A stretch of 64,000 nucleotides of DNA from Chloroflexota bacterium (lineage in GTDB: Bacteria > Chloroflexota > UBA11872 > VXOZ01), in NCBI GenBank assembly GCA_963662335.2, contig CAXXVD010000001.1:64001-128000 (forward strand), read 5' to 3'. Positions within the stretch are counted from its first letter, which is position 1; each line of letters begins with the position of its first letter. The notes under the pieces are model-generated. The model was not told the DNA's origin, made no database searches, and saw only the letters and a list, made by a program, of their open reading frames with translations. Shown one piece after another: positions 10,173 through 20,354 of this stretch. A program made the position numbers and the translations under genes.

Positions 10173-11174
10173 ATGAACCGGATCGGCATCGGCGTAATTG
10201 CCGCGGGACAGATGGGCCAACGGCACGCAAACGTCTACCGTCAGTTACCCGAAGTGGAACTGCGCGCGGTAGCCGACCTTAATGTAGAAGCCGCCCACAC
10301 TGCCGCCGACCCGGCCGGCGCTGACGTGTATGCCGACTGGCGAGTGTTGCTTGAGCGCGACGACGTGCAGGCCGTGAGCATCTGCCTGCCGGACTGGCTG
10401 CACCGGGACGCGGTGATTGCGGCGGCGGAAGCGGGCAAGCATATCCTGCTGGAAAAGCCGCTGGCCATCGACGTTGCCGACGCGGACGACATGGTCGCGG
10501 CCGTGGAGCGCGCCGGTATCACGCTATTGGTGGGACACACCCTCCACTTCGACCCCCGCTACGCCATGCCGCTGGAAGACTATCGGCGCGGCGCGATTGG
10601 CGATGTCATCCACGTCTACGCCCGCCGCAACAATCCTATCGCCAGCGCGGAGAAATTCGAGGGCAACACGACGGTCTTGCAATTCCTCGGCATTCACGAC
10701 ATCGAGTACGTGCTTTCTATGGTCGATGAACCGGTGGTGCGGGTTACTGCCGAGTCACACCAGGCGCTGGCAACTAACCTCGGCATCGACGACGCGGTCT
10801 TTACGCTCGTGAAATTCGCTTCAGGAGCAGTCGCCAGTTTCGAGCACGCCTGGACCCTGCCCGCGCAAGATTACCGCGCGCTGGACGCCCGCCTGGACGC
10901 CGTCGGCACGCAAGGGATGATTCGCATCGATTGCGCCCCCGCCACCAGCATGACAATCGGTCAAGTTCAGGTTGAGACGCACGACACGTGGTACGGCCCG
11001 ACCCTGGGAGAGGACTACGTGGGCGCTATCTTTCACGAGGTCAAGCACTTCGTGGACTGCCTGCGCACCGGCGCGGAACCGGCGGTCAAAGTGAGGCACG
11101 CCCATGAAGCGGTGCGCGTGGTGGACGCGGCGCAACGCTCAGCCGCCAGCGGCAGGCCTGTCACGCTAGCGTAA
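10173..11174 (+). CDS. Gfo/Idh/MocA family oxidoreductase
   Basis: IAAGQMG, CLPDWLH, AGKHILLEKP, LGIHDIE. Confidence 0.92.
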   Translation: MNRIGIGVIAAGQMGQRHANVYRQLPEVELRAVADLNVEAAHTAADPAGADVYADWRVLLERDDVQAVSICLPDWLHRDAVIAAAEAGKHILLEKPLAIDVADADDMVAAVERAGITLLVGHTLHFDPRYAMPLEDYRRGAIGDVIHVYARRNNPIASAEKFEGNTTVLQFLGIHDIEYVLSMVDEPVVRVTAESHQALATNLGIDDAVFTLVKFASGAVASFEHAWTLPAQDYRALDARLDAVGTQGMIRIDCAPATSMTIGQVQVETHDTWYGPTLGEDYVGAIFHEVKHFVDCLRTGAEPAVKVRHAHEAVRVVDAAQRSAASGRPVTLA

Positions 11175-11222
11175 GGCCCGTAGCGCCTGCAAGGCTGCTC
11201 TTTCTCACCTATCCGCGCGCCC

Positions 11223-11347
11223 GCCGTTCTCGATGAGCCTGTCGAAGCACACTGCCTCTCCGTTCGTGCTGAGCCTGTCGAAGCACGCCCCGCAGAGAGC
11301 ACAGTATCTGACCCGCAAACCGTTCGTGCTGAGCTTGTCGAAGCACG
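11223..11347. repeat. three direct copies of REP-like unit CCGTTCGTGCTGAGCYTGTCGAAGCAC
   Basis: Copies at about 11223, 11260 and 11320 between convergent genes. Confidence 0.85.
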
Positions 11348-11378
11348 TCGTCCGCGGTCAGTCAGGCGCCGCCTGCCT

Positions 11379-12650
11379 TCACGCCAAAATACGCTCAAGC
11401 TGGCTAAACACCTTTGCAAACGCCCGCACGTAGCCGGCCATCAAGGCATCATCATTGGGCGGGGTCAGCCCCATTAACGGGATGACCCTATCGACCGCAT
11501 TAGAAGCGCGCGGATAGTCCTCCGACCGATACTCAATCAAGGCGTCGTAGCAGCACTCCCAGGGACACCCCCGGCCGTAGCCTTCCTGTTCCTGGAAGAG
11601 CGTCATGCGCGGCAGCAGAAACTCCGCGCGGCCCAGGCCGACCCCTTCCGCCCGCAGCGCCTCCCGCACCTTCTCGCTGGCGGCCCCTGCGTCAACGTCC
11701 AAGCCCGCCTCTTCCGGCGCGAACTCCGCCACGTAGCGGAAGTAGACGTGCGTGCGGTCGGGCGGCGCGTGCGGCAAACGCAGACCGGGGATGCCCGCCA
11801 GATGCTCGTTCAGATAGGCGGCGTTGGCCTGGATGTGGGCCGTGGTCTCGTCGATACGGGTCAGTTGCGAACGGATGAAGGCGTTGGTCATCTCGGTGCC
11901 GCGATACATCCAGCCCATGCCGGAGACGTTGTACTCGCGCTCGCCGTCGGAGCGCCGCCGCTCGCCGAACTGCTGCACCCGCGCCGCCATGTCCCACGCC
12001 TCTTCATCGTCGGTCACCAGCGCGCCGCCTTCGCCGCCGGGCAGGTTCTTGTTGCCGTTGAAGCTGAACGCGCCGACGTGGCCGAGCGTGCCTACCATGC
12101 GTCCCTTGTACGTGGCTGCCTGCGCCTGGCAGCAGTCTTCGATTACTTTCAACCCGTGCTTCTCCGCCACCGCCATGATGCCGTCCATATCGGCCGGCAG
12201 GCCGTAGAGGTGCACCGGCAGAATCGCCCGCGTGCGCGGCGTGATCTTCTTTTCTACCTCTGCGGGGTCCAGCGTGTAAGTTGCAGGATCGATGTCGGCA
12301 AAGACCGGAATCGCGTTGTGATGCAAGATGCACGTGGCCGTGGACGACCAGGACATGGGCGTGGTGATGACCTCGTCACCCGGTTGCACGCCGGCCGCGG
12401 CCACCGCCATGTGCAGAGCCGCCGTGCCGCTGTTCGTTACCAGGCAATGGCGCGCGCCCACGTACGCCGCCCACTCCTCCTGCAACGCCGTCGCCTCCGG
12501 CGCGGCCGCCCCCCACAACACGCCGCGCTCCAGCACACCCATCACCGCCGCTTTGTCCGCCGCCGCCACCTGCGGCCACGGCTGCACTGTCCCTTCATTC
12601 ACTGCTGGCGTCCCGCCAGATAGCGCAAGCTCTTCTTGATTACCCGGCAT
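11379..12650 (-). CDS. DegT/DnrJ/EryC1/StrS PLP-dependent aminotransferase
   Basis: NSGTAALH, PVHLYG, IEDCCQA, SFNGNKNLPGGEGG (PLP Lys), GWMYR. Confidence 0.93.
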   Translation of the reverse strand: MPGNQEELALSGGTPAVNEGTVQPWPQVAAADKAAVMGVLERGVLWGAAAPEATALQEEWAAYVGARHCLVTNSGTAALHMAVAAAGVQPGDEVITTPMSWSSTATCILHHNAIPVFADIDPATYTLDPAEVEKKITPRTRAILPVHLYGLPADMDGIMAVAEKHGLKVIEDCCQAQAATYKGRMVGTLGHVGAFSFNGNKNLPGGEGGALVTDDEEAWDMAARVQQFGERRRSDGEREYNVSGMGWMYRGTEMTNAFIRSQLTRIDETTAHIQANAAYLNEHLAGIPGLRLPHAPPDRTHVYFRYVAEFAPEEAGLDVDAGAASEKVREALRAEGVGLGRAEFLLPRMTLFQEQEGYGRGCPWECCYDALIEYRSEDYPRASNAVDRVIPLMGLTPPNDDALMAGYVRAFAKVFSQLERILA

Positions 12651-12783
12651 CGCTAACTCCTTGTCGCCAGATCCGTCTCTAGCCCAAGCGGCCGCTAATC
12701 ATCTCACCCTCGATTGTATACCTATCAATGCTCGCTTAGAATGCAGCGTAGAGAAACAACCTGACCAGTGAGAGTATCAAGCG

Positions 12784-13362
12784 TTGCCGCAGCAAGAGAA
12801 CCACCTAATCCTCATAAAACACTCCCTGCCGGAGATAGTCCCAAGCATACCGGCGAAGCAGTGGCATCTGTCTGCAACGGGACGAAAACGCTGTAATCGG
12901 CTCGCGGCGCAACTAGAGGTGTATTCACCGGACGTATTCATCACCAGCGATGAACCGAAAGCTCAAGAAACCGGAGAGATTGTTGCCAAACTGCTCGACA
13001 CACACTGCACTACAGCGCCAAATCTCCATGAACACGATAGGAGCAATGAAGGATTCTTTCCTGCCAAGAAGCAATTTGATAATCGCGTTGCGCAGTTCTT
13101 TGCGAGTGCTCAAACTCTCGTCTTCGGCCAGGAGACTGCCGATGACGCTCACGCAAGGTTTGCCAACGCCGTTTCCACCGCAATTGCGCAGCATTCGGAA
13201 CGCACCATCGCAATTGTCGCGCATGGCACCGTAATCACACTCTTCGTTGCCCGCGCATGTGGACTTCAACCGCTTCTCTTGTGGAAACGCCTGGACTTAC
13301 CGTCTTTCGTCGTTCTGACGCTTCCCGATTATCACTTGGATCAAATCGTTGACGGTGTCTGA
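12784..13362 (+). CDS. histidine phosphatase (phosphoglycerate mutase-like) family protein
   Basis: LIKHS (RHG variant), TSDEPKAQET, LHEH, IVAHGTVI; TTG start; AT-richer than neighbours. Confidence 0.8.
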   Translation: MPQQENHLILIKHSLPEIVPSIPAKQWHLSATGRKRCNRLAAQLEVYSPDVFITSDEPKAQETGEIVAKLLDTHCTTAPNLHEHDRSNEGFFPAKKQFDNRVAQFFASAQTLVFGQETADDAHARFANAVSTAIAQHSERTIAIVAHGTVITLFVARACGLQPLLLWKRLDLPSFVVLTLPDYHLDQIVDGV

Positions 13363-13424
13363 GGCCGGCTGCCGGAGCGGCATTTCATTTGAATCGCTCA
13401 GGTATGAGATTGCAGTGTGTGCGG

Positions 13425-14102
13425 CTATTCTTCGCTAAACACCAGATTCCCAAACCGGTTCGGCATGTGGAACTGGATTTCGCCGGTTGGCGACCAGGCG
13501 CTGTATTCGTCAGCGTCGTGGGCGCGGTCGATGCGGTAGAAGTTGGCGCGCCAGCGGTCGCCGTCGTGGGGCGGCACGTGGGGCGCGGTCATGCACTGGT
13601 CGAAGGGGATGGCGATCTCGGTCGTCCAGGCGGTGTCCGTGCCGTCGAATGAGTTTACCTTGCCGTCCACCTGCACCGCCGTCTGCAAGTCCGGGCAATC
13701 CCAGCAGAAGAGTTCGTGGCTCTTGCCGCCGCGCCGGAAAACGGCCAGGTCTACGATGACGTTGTTCGGGCTGACCTCGAACTCTAGAAACGACCACTCG
13801 TCGCTGTCGTCATCCAGGAAGACTTCGACCACTTCCTCATCCCACAGGGGCTTATCCCGCTCCGTCAGCGTGCCCCAAATGTAGGGGTCTTCCGCCTCGA
13901 AGCCCACGTAGAGGTACGTGTCGTCCCAGAGCGCGCGCACGATCGTGGGATAGCGCGGCGCGTCCCCGGTGACGGTCTCGACAAGCTGCATCTGCTCGGC
14001 CCGCTCCCAGGCCGGTTCGTCGAGCGCGCCGTCTACCGTAATCGGCGCGGCGGCCCGGCGGCAGGTGTAAGTCGGAAGCGGCGGAAGCGTAGAATCTGCC
14101 AT
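13425..14102 (-). CDS. carbohydrate-binding family 9-like (DOMON-like) protein
   Basis: VDGALDEPAW, LWDDTYLYVGF, EVVEVFLD, WTTEIAIPF, WRANFYR, FHMPNRFG. Confidence 0.8.
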   Translation of the reverse strand: MADSTLPPLPTYTCRRAAAPITVDGALDEPAWERAEQMQLVETVTGDAPRYPTIVRALWDDTYLYVGFEAEDPYIWGTLTERDKPLWDEEVVEVFLDDDSDEWSFLEFEVSPNNVIVDLAVFRRGGKSHELFCWDCPDLQTAVQVDGKVNSFDGTDTAWTTEIAIPFDQCMTAPHVPPHDGDRWRANFYRIDRAHDADEYSAWSPTGEIQFHMPNRFGNLVFSEE

Positions 14103-14128
14103 TCGTTTCAAGTCCTTATGCTGAACGG

Positions 14129-16432
14129 TTACGTCACATCTAACCACACCGGGCTCGACCACGCCATCTCCTCATCCGCCTGCGTCACGCGAACGTAGTA
14201 GAAGTCGCCGGTGGACGCTTCAGAATCATCCTCCCACACCAGGTCGACGCCGTGCGCAGGGTCCCGCCAGGTATGGACGTCCTCGTTGTTCTTGACGACG
14301 TCAACGCTGCGCAGCGGCGCGGTGCCGATGACGTTCACCACAAGCCGCCGCGTATCATTGGCCGCTAGGGCAATATCCGACCCCATCCAGTGGTCGTTCA
14401 CCTTGAACGAGAGCAGAATGCGGGGGCCGGACGTGCCATAGGTGCGCCGCGCCCGCCACGCCTCGAAGATTTCCTTGCGCGTAAGGCCCGTGGCCCACGC
14501 CACCGCCAGTCCCGACGGCTTCCAAAGCGCATCGGCCACGGACTTGCTGAACTGGTTGCCGACGCCGGCGTAGCCGGGGCGGGCGTCGTGGTTGTCGCTG
14601 CCGGCGATCACGCCTACGCGCGAGCCGGTCGCCAAAATCTCCTGCAGCGAAAGTCCACGCTGACCGAGCCACGGCTGGCGCGGATTGCCCCGGATCTCCG
14701 AGTTGCCCCAGCCGGAGTACATCTCCAGCAGCCGTTCGTACGTGGGATTGTGTTGGTGCCAGCGCATGGCCATCAGCGGGTGGTGGCCGAACGCCAGCAC
14801 GTCCTCGCGCCCTTTCAGGTGATGCCACAGGCGCTCCAGATTCGCCGTGGCAACGTCACTGCCGCGCAATAACTGATGGTAGTCGTTTTCGCTGTACACG
14901 TTGCGGTGCCCGAGAGCGTGCCCTTCGCCGTCTACATCCGAATAAGCCCATTCAAAACCGCTGATGGGCACGAATTCGCCCGGCTGGTGGTACCGCTGCA
15001 CCAGAATCTGGTTGGCCGTCCACTGGTTGTCGGTCTCGTACTCGGCGTGCTCGGAGGCGCACATGAAGTCGAGATTCGCCACGTGGCGGCCGTGCTCGTA
15101 CTGGGCCTCGATCTCGCCCACCGCGTCACCCGAATAGAGCGAGTGCGAATGAATATCGCCAAAATAGACGCGGTGTTCCGGCAACTCCGCTGCACTCACG
15201 ACCGGATTGGAGACGCCGACAAGACCGTCGTCGCTCTCGGCCGTTATCACATACGCGCCCTCGCCTCGTGGCGTCCACGTGACCCGGCAATGGCTGCCGT
15301 CGCCCTCCCGCAGGTGAACCGGAGCGGGAAGGTCCACGTCGTCCCGGTCGCACGTGAAGCGCACGCGCCCGGTGTACGCCGGTTGGGCCAGCGCCTGAAA
15401 CTGGTCCATCACCGCCACGTTCAGGTCATGGGGCGCGCCGGCCTGCGCATGGGCTTTGGCCGTGACGAAGAGCTTGGCCGGCGCATCCGGCGTCACCGTG
15501 AAGGTATGCGCGTGGTCCCGCTCAAGGGGAAGAAACGTCTCATTGGCGCGGGCGTCCACCCAGACCGTGAGCACCGGCATGCGGTGCCACCAGGCGCGCT
15601 TGTAGTTGTGGGTGTAGGTCCAGGCAACGACGTTGGCTTGCGCGCCAGGACCGCCGCCGCTGCGGTCGCCAAAGACGAGCGTGATCGTATCGCCCGGCCG
15701 CAGCGGCGCCTCGGACACGGTCACCCGGATGCCAAGCTCGCGGTCGTGCAGCCCCGTAACCGGCTCGACTATGTCCGTTATGTCGACTTTGCCGCTTCCC
15801 GTATGCGCGATGGTCACGTAGCCCGGCCCACTCGGATCTTCCGTCTGCGGCGTGTGGTCCTCGCGCCACAGCGAGCCCTCCACAAAGGCCAGGATGCCGC
15901 CGCCCACGGCGATGCCCTCTTTGCCTACGGTGTAGGTCATGCGAAACTCGTGGCGGGAACAAGAAACCACCCGATTTGGCGTCAGTTCGCTGAAGCCGCT
16001 GGGATCGCTTAACAGCGCGTGCAAGTCGGACTCGGCGCCCACCGACGGCGGCACGTGCAAGTCCAGGTCATCGCTGAGAACAACGCCTGCGAAACCCCGC
16101 AGCGTCGCCTCCGGCGTGGACACGCGCATTTGCAGGAACGTGTCGCGCAAGGAAACCGTGGCCACCCGCGTCCACACGGTTTCGGGCCGCACCTGCGGGT
16201 TCAACCGCACCCGGCCGCTCGCGCCGTCTAGCTCCACTTCCACGTAGCGTTCTTCAGACGAATGCGGCGAGACACCCAGCCACAGGCCGTAGGGACGGCC
16301 CGTGTCCCACCCGCGCGTCTGCAGCGTGAGGTCGGCAACCGAACGCTGGTAGTGCTGCCCCCGAAACGCGACCTTCTGTTCGCTGTACGCGAACTCATTT
16401 GGCTCGAACAAGATATAGCGGCGGTCGTTCAT
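14129..16432 (-). CDS. DUF3604/CehA-McbA-like PHP-fold metallohydrolase
   Basis: FGDIHSHS..SGD, LDF..SEH, GFEW, GHRNV, GSDNH, YGTSG.RI, YYVRV.Q...MAWSSPVW. Confidence 0.75.
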   Translation of the reverse strand: MNDRRYILFEPNEFAYSEQKVAFRGQHYQRSVADLTLQTRGWDTGRPYGLWLGVSPHSSEERYVEVELDGASGRVRLNPQVRPETVWTRVATVSLRDTFLQMRVSTPEATLRGFAGVVLSDDLDLHVPPSVGAESDLHALLSDPSGFSELTPNRVVSCSRHEFRMTYTVGKEGIAVGGGILAFVEGSLWREDHTPQTEDPSGPGYVTIAHTGSGKVDITDIVEPVTGLHDRELGIRVTVSEAPLRPGDTITLVFGDRSGGGPGAQANVVAWTYTHNYKRAWWHRMPVLTVWVDARANETFLPLERDHAHTFTVTPDAPAKLFVTAKAHAQAGAPHDLNVAVMDQFQALAQPAYTGRVRFTCDRDDVDLPAPVHLREGDGSHCRVTWTPRGEGAYVITAESDDGLVGVSNPVVSAAELPEHRVYFGDIHSHSLYSGDAVGEIEAQYEHGRHVANLDFMCASEHAEYETDNQWTANQILVQRYHQPGEFVPISGFEWAYSDVDGEGHALGHRNVYSENDYHQLLRGSDVATANLERLWHHLKGREDVLAFGHHPLMAMRWHQHNPTYERLLEMYSGWGNSEIRGNPRQPWLGQRGLSLQEILATGSRVGVIAGSDNHDARPGYAGVGNQFSKSVADALWKPSGLAVAWATGLTRKEIFEAWRARRTYGTSGPRILLSFKVNDHWMGSDIALAANDTRRLVVNVIGTAPLRSVDVVKNNEDVHTWRDPAHGVDLVWEDDSEASTGDFYYVRVTQADEEMAWSSPVWLDVT

Positions 16433-16654
16433 GCGTGCTTCCTTTCTCAAGAATCACGAACGCCGGAGCCGCGTTGGGGCATACCCGGCGTTCGCGATGC
16501 GTTGCGCGTAACAATTCTGTTCCCAGCGTGCGGCCGGACTATTCAGGACGTAAACAAAGAGCGCGTACCCTGCAACGGCGCCACTTCTCAGAGCGTCCGT
16601 ACGTGCCGTGACCGCCGCGCAAGCCCTCATTGGCACACTGACCGCTACAACCCC

Positions 16655-18025
16655 CTACTTCGAAATTCCGAGACGTTTCAGTTCTTCTTGCTCTTTCTCC
16701 AGCACGAGGTTGCCGGCTTTCACGGCCGTAGCCACCGCTTCCTCCATGCCAACCTCGTTCAGCCAGCCTTTGTTCAACTCGTCCCTCACCGCCACTATCC
16801 ATTCAATCGTAAAGAATGAATAGGGGTAGGGATAGCCGATTTCCATGGAGTCCACGAAGATCTTGGCCGGCTCTGGATAGTCGCTGAGTCTCGCCCAGTT
16901 GGCCGCGCCACGCCACGTGGCGGGCAAGTTCCACACCGCCGTCGACTCCTCGCCCACTTCGGAGGTAGTGGAGTGCTTGATGAACTCCCAGGCCTCGTCG
17001 GGATGCTCGATGGGATTGAGCACCGCCATAGCGCCGGCGTGAATGACACTGGCCGGCCGCACGCTTACGGGCAGCAACTGCGCGTGCCAACGGAACTCCG
17101 CCATTTGCGGGCGGCCAAAGAGGAACGAGCCGCTCGGCATGAGCGCCAACGAACCCGTCGAAAACATCGTGAAGGCCCCACCCATCGCGGAAGTTTCATC
17201 GTACGTGGGCGCCACCCGGTACTTGTAGACGAGATCGTGCACCCACTTGAGGGCATCCAGTCCGGGGGGCTCGCCGAATCGCAAGTGGGTCTTGTCCTCG
17301 CTAAGAATCTCGCCGCCGTTGATGACAATCCAGTTGAAGCCCTGGGTTTGCCCCCACGGACCCACCAGCGTGCCCCAGCGCTCCACCTTGTCACCCTGGC
17401 GCACGGTGAGTTGTTCAGCGAGATCGAGCCAGTCTTCCCAATTCCAGTCGTCCTGCGGCACGTCTATGCCGGCCTGTTCGAAGTGGTCGACGTTGTAGAA
17501 CATGCCGACGGTCGCTTGGTTCTTCGGCATGCCCCAGAACTTGCCGAACACCGTGTAGATGTTAAGCGCATAGGGAGCGAATATGTCTCCCATGTCGATG
17601 CCGTCGCGGGCAATGTACGGGTCCAGCTCAGTGAGCATGCCCAACGCGGCAAAGGACATAATGGCGGGGGCATTGATCCACATGAGGTCATAGGGAACCG
17701 AGCCTGCGGCGTGCGCGATCTTGAGATTGTTCTGCATCTCGGACTGATTGGGGGTGATGTCGGTGGTCACGTTGACGCGATTGCCGAACTCGGCGCGGTA
17801 CGCCTCATTGACCCGCTCATTGTCATCAAACACTACCTGGGCGTGGGTAATGGCCTTGAGCTCTACGGTCTCCGGCTCGGGAGCGGCTTCTGCGGCCGGC
17901 TTGGCCTCGGCCTGCTCCGTCTCCACAGCGGGAGCTACGGCGGCAGCGCCGCAAGCAGCCAGGGGAACGGCTATACTCGATGCGCCCAGCGCGGCCAGCA
18001 GCCTGCGTCGTGAAATGACAGACAT
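16655..18025 (-). CDS. ABC transporter sugar-binding protein (SBP family 1), Tat lipoprotein
   Basis: RBS AGGAGG; SRRRLL...LAAC; WGMP...MFYN.D.F..AG, W.WEDW, EAWEFIK. Confidence 0.9.
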   Translation of the reverse strand: MSVISRRRLLAALGASSIAVPLAACGAAAVAPAVETEQAEAKPAAEAAPEPETVELKAITHAQVVFDDNERVNEAYRAEFGNRVNVTTDITPNQSEMQNNLKIAHAAGSVPYDLMWINAPAIMSFAALGMLTELDPYIARDGIDMGDIFAPYALNIYTVFGKFWGMPKNQATVGMFYNVDHFEQAGIDVPQDDWNWEDWLDLAEQLTVRQGDKVERWGTLVGPWGQTQGFNWIVINGGEILSEDKTHLRFGEPPGLDALKWVHDLVYKYRVAPTYDETSAMGGAFTMFSTGSLALMPSGSFLFGRPQMAEFRWHAQLLPVSVRPASVIHAGAMAVLNPIEHPDEAWEFIKHSTTSEVGEESTAVWNLPATWRGAANWARLSDYPEPAKIFVDSMEIGYPYPYSFFTIEWIVAVRDELNKGWLNEVGMEEAVATAVKAGNLVLEKEQEELKRLGISK

Positions 18026-18057
18026 CGCGAACCTCCTATTCCGGTCCATCCCGGAAT

Positions 18058-18987
18058 TCACTCCTGGGAGACAGCCACAGAGGTAGAATACTTAGCCAAT
18101 TCCTTCTCTGTCAAGCGCGTCAAGGTCTCGAGTTCGCGCAGCGATTGGGCGTCTAGCGCGGTGACCGGCTGGCGCACGGTGGCGTGGTCGATCGCGCCGG
18201 CGCGGGCTAGGAGATACTTGGCGGACTGGATGAAGGTCTGCACGCTGCCGCCTTTCGCCACGAGCACGGGCAGGACGGCGGCGTAGATGGCGCGCGCTTG
18301 GTCAATATCGCCGGCCATGTAATGCCCATAGACCTGCGCCATGGGCCCAATGGCGTCCGCGCCGGGCATGCAGCCGACCGCGCCGCGCTCCAACGCCTCG
18401 ATGAAGCCGATGCCGCCCCAGCCCACCAGCATTTGCAGGCGCGCGCCAACCTGCTCCTTCACCGCTTCCATGAGCGGCCACGCGGGCTGCGCCTCCAGCT
18501 TGACGTACTGGACGTTCGGGCATCGCGCCGCCATCTGCGCGATTACGCCGGCCGATAGCCCGTAGCCCACGACCTGCGGGCAGTCCTGCACCATGATGGG
18601 CGCGTCTACGGCATTGCCAACCGCCGTATAGAATTCCACGACCCCGTCCATGTCCACCGGACCGGGCGGCGGCAAGACCATGAGGCCCACCACGCCCGCT
18701 TTGGTGAGCCAGCGCGCCATGCGCACGGCCTCGACCGTGGACGCGGCTTGCAAACCGGAAAGCACCGGCACGCGGCCGTTCGCCTGCGCCACGACGGTCT
18801 CGATGCTGCGCCGCTTCTCTTCCTCGCTGAGGCGATTGGTCTCACTGGCCAGTCCGAGGCAGACCACGGCGTGCGCGCCCTCCGCCACTACGTAGTCCGT
18901 CAGGCGGCGCAAACTGTCGTAGTCCAGTGACTCATCGGGAAAGAACGGCGTGCTGAGCACCGCCAGCACGCCGTGAAAGTCATTCAT
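18058..18987 (-). CDS. DHDPS/NAL family lyase (2-keto-3-deoxy acid dehydratase-like)
   Basis: TPF..D..LD, GLASE, MVQD, YVKLE (Schiff-base Lys), GCMPG. Confidence 0.8.
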   Translation of the reverse strand: MNDFHGVLAVLSTPFFPDESLDYDSLRRLTDYVVAEGAHAVVCLGLASETNRLSEEEKRRSIETVVAQANGRVPVLSGLQAASTVEAVRMARWLTKAGVVGLMVLPPPGPVDMDGVVEFYTAVGNAVDAPIMVQDCPQVVGYGLSAGVIAQMAARCPNVQYVKLEAQPAWPLMEAVKEQVGARLQMLVGWGGIGFIEALERGAVGCMPGADAIGPMAQVYGHYMAGDIDQARAIYAAVLPVLVAKGGSVQTFIQSAKYLLARAGAIDHATVRQPVTALDAQSLRELETLTRLTEKELAKYSTSVAVSQE

Positions 18988-19067
18988 GCGCCTTGCTCCC
19001 TCATGTAACTCGACAAAATCTACCATCAGCGAGCGCCGCGCCGCGATGAGCGCGGCCGGCGCCGTTT

Positions 19068-20354
19068 CTACTGCGCCGGGGCCTCGTAGCGCACGACTTC
19101 CAGTTCCTCAATGCGTTCGTCCGCCGTGAATTGCCAGACGCCCATGAAACCGCGCCGCAGATCGCCGTTTTCATCCCAGTCCATCGTAGTGGCGGCCCCG
19201 TCGTAGTCAATCGCGCCGCCTTCCGCCAGTGTTTTCAGTGCCGCCGCGATGCCTGCCGCGCCCGCGATCACCGTCGTGCCCGGCGGGCCGCCAATCTCCC
19301 GCAGGCGGTCGCGAATGGCGGCGCCTGCCACGCTGGCGGCCGCCTGGGCGGCCAACGCGAGCGCAATGGTGGCGTCATACGTCTCTTTGACGTAGGCGTA
19401 TTCCGGCAGGGCGCCGTAGGCGGCGGCGTACGCCTCCTCCCACGCGGCCGCGGAAGCGCTGGCGGGATCGGACGTGCCGGCCGTGCCGTACGCGCCGGCC
19501 AGCCGCTCGCCGCCAATCGCCCGCGCCAGCGCCGGACTCTTCGCGGCGTCGCCAAAGGCAAACCGCTCGTACAACTCTTGCGCCAGCGCCTCGCGCACGA
19601 TTGCTGCAGCGGCTTCCTCGAACGCGATTACGATCAGCGCCTGCGCGCCGCCGGCCGCGCTTTCCCGCACGCTGTCGGCAGCCGAGTCCGCATCCGGATC
19701 GAACTTCACCAGAGTGATTTCGCCTTCCCAGGCGGCGGCGAACGCGCCGGCCAGCCCTTGGCCCCAGGCGTCGTCATAGTAGATGACACCGACGTTGGTG
19801 AAGCCGCGCTCGCGGGTGACGCGCGCCAGCACCGGGCCTTGGGCGCTATCCGAAAGCGCGGTGCGGAAGAAGAAGTCGTTGTCCGCCGCCGTCGTCAGCA
19901 GCGGCGAGGTGGCCGAGGGGCTGATGAGCGGTATGCCCGCCGGCCCGGCCACGCGCTCGGCCACGGGCAGCGAATTTGCGCTGGAATTGGGGCCGACGAA
20001 AGCGTGCACGCCTTCATCCGCCAGCAGCCGGCGCGCCGCCAACATGGCCACTTCCGGATAACGGGTGGTGTCCGCCACTACGCTTGCCACCGGCAGCCCG
20101 AACACGCCGCCGCCGGCATTGACGTGCTCGATTGCCAGATTGAAAGCGCGCTCCCGCTCGCTTGCCCGCTCAGAGGTCCCCAGGCTGAAGTTTAGCAATA
20201 GGCCAAGCTTAAGCGGGGTGTCTGCTGCCGCCGTTTGCGACGTAGCCGCCGTCTCACGGTACTCCACGCGCCCGCACGCCGCGCCGCCGCCCAGCGCAAG
20301 CGCGCCCAGCCCGGCGCCCGCCAAGCGCAAAAATCGCCGCCGTCGCAATTCCAT
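19068..20354 (-). CDS. branched-chain amino acid-type ABC substrate-binding protein, Tat lipoprotein
   Basis: RRRRFL...AAC; LAIEHVNAGGGV.G, ISPSATSP.L, FFRTA.SD..QG, IDYDGA. Confidence 0.88.
   Translation of the reverse strand: MELRRRRFLRLAGAGLGALALGGGAACGRVEYRETAATSQTAAADTPLKLGLLLNFSLGTSERASERERAFNLAIEHVNAGGGVFGLPVASVVADTTRYPEVAMLAARRLLADEGVHAFVGPNSSANSLPVAERVAGPAGIPLISPSATSPLLTTAADNDFFFRTALSDSAQGPVLARVTRERGFTNVGVIYYDDAWGQGLAGAFAAAWEGEITLVKFDPDADSAADSVRESAAGGAQALIVIAFEEAAAAIVREALAQELYERFAFGDAAKSPALARAIGGERLAGAYGTAGTSDPASASAAAWEEAYAAAYGALPEYAYVKETYDATIALALAAQAAASVAGAAIRDRLREIGGPPGTTVIAGAAGIAAALKTLAEGGAIDYDGAATTMDWDENGDLRRGFMGVWQFTADERIEELEVVRYEAPAQ

Noticed and set aside
11233-11433. Small ORFs with SLSK, DSSLRSE or RFLAALGMT peptides (also 41933-42689, 56185, 61702)
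   Set aside because: Translations of REP-like repeats, not genes
16440-16650. Possible riboswitch or sRNA between the SBP and the PHP hydrolase
   Set aside because: Only one hairpin (GAACGCCGG...CCGGCGTTC, about 16458-16493) and no recognisable aptamer; an Rfam search would be needed
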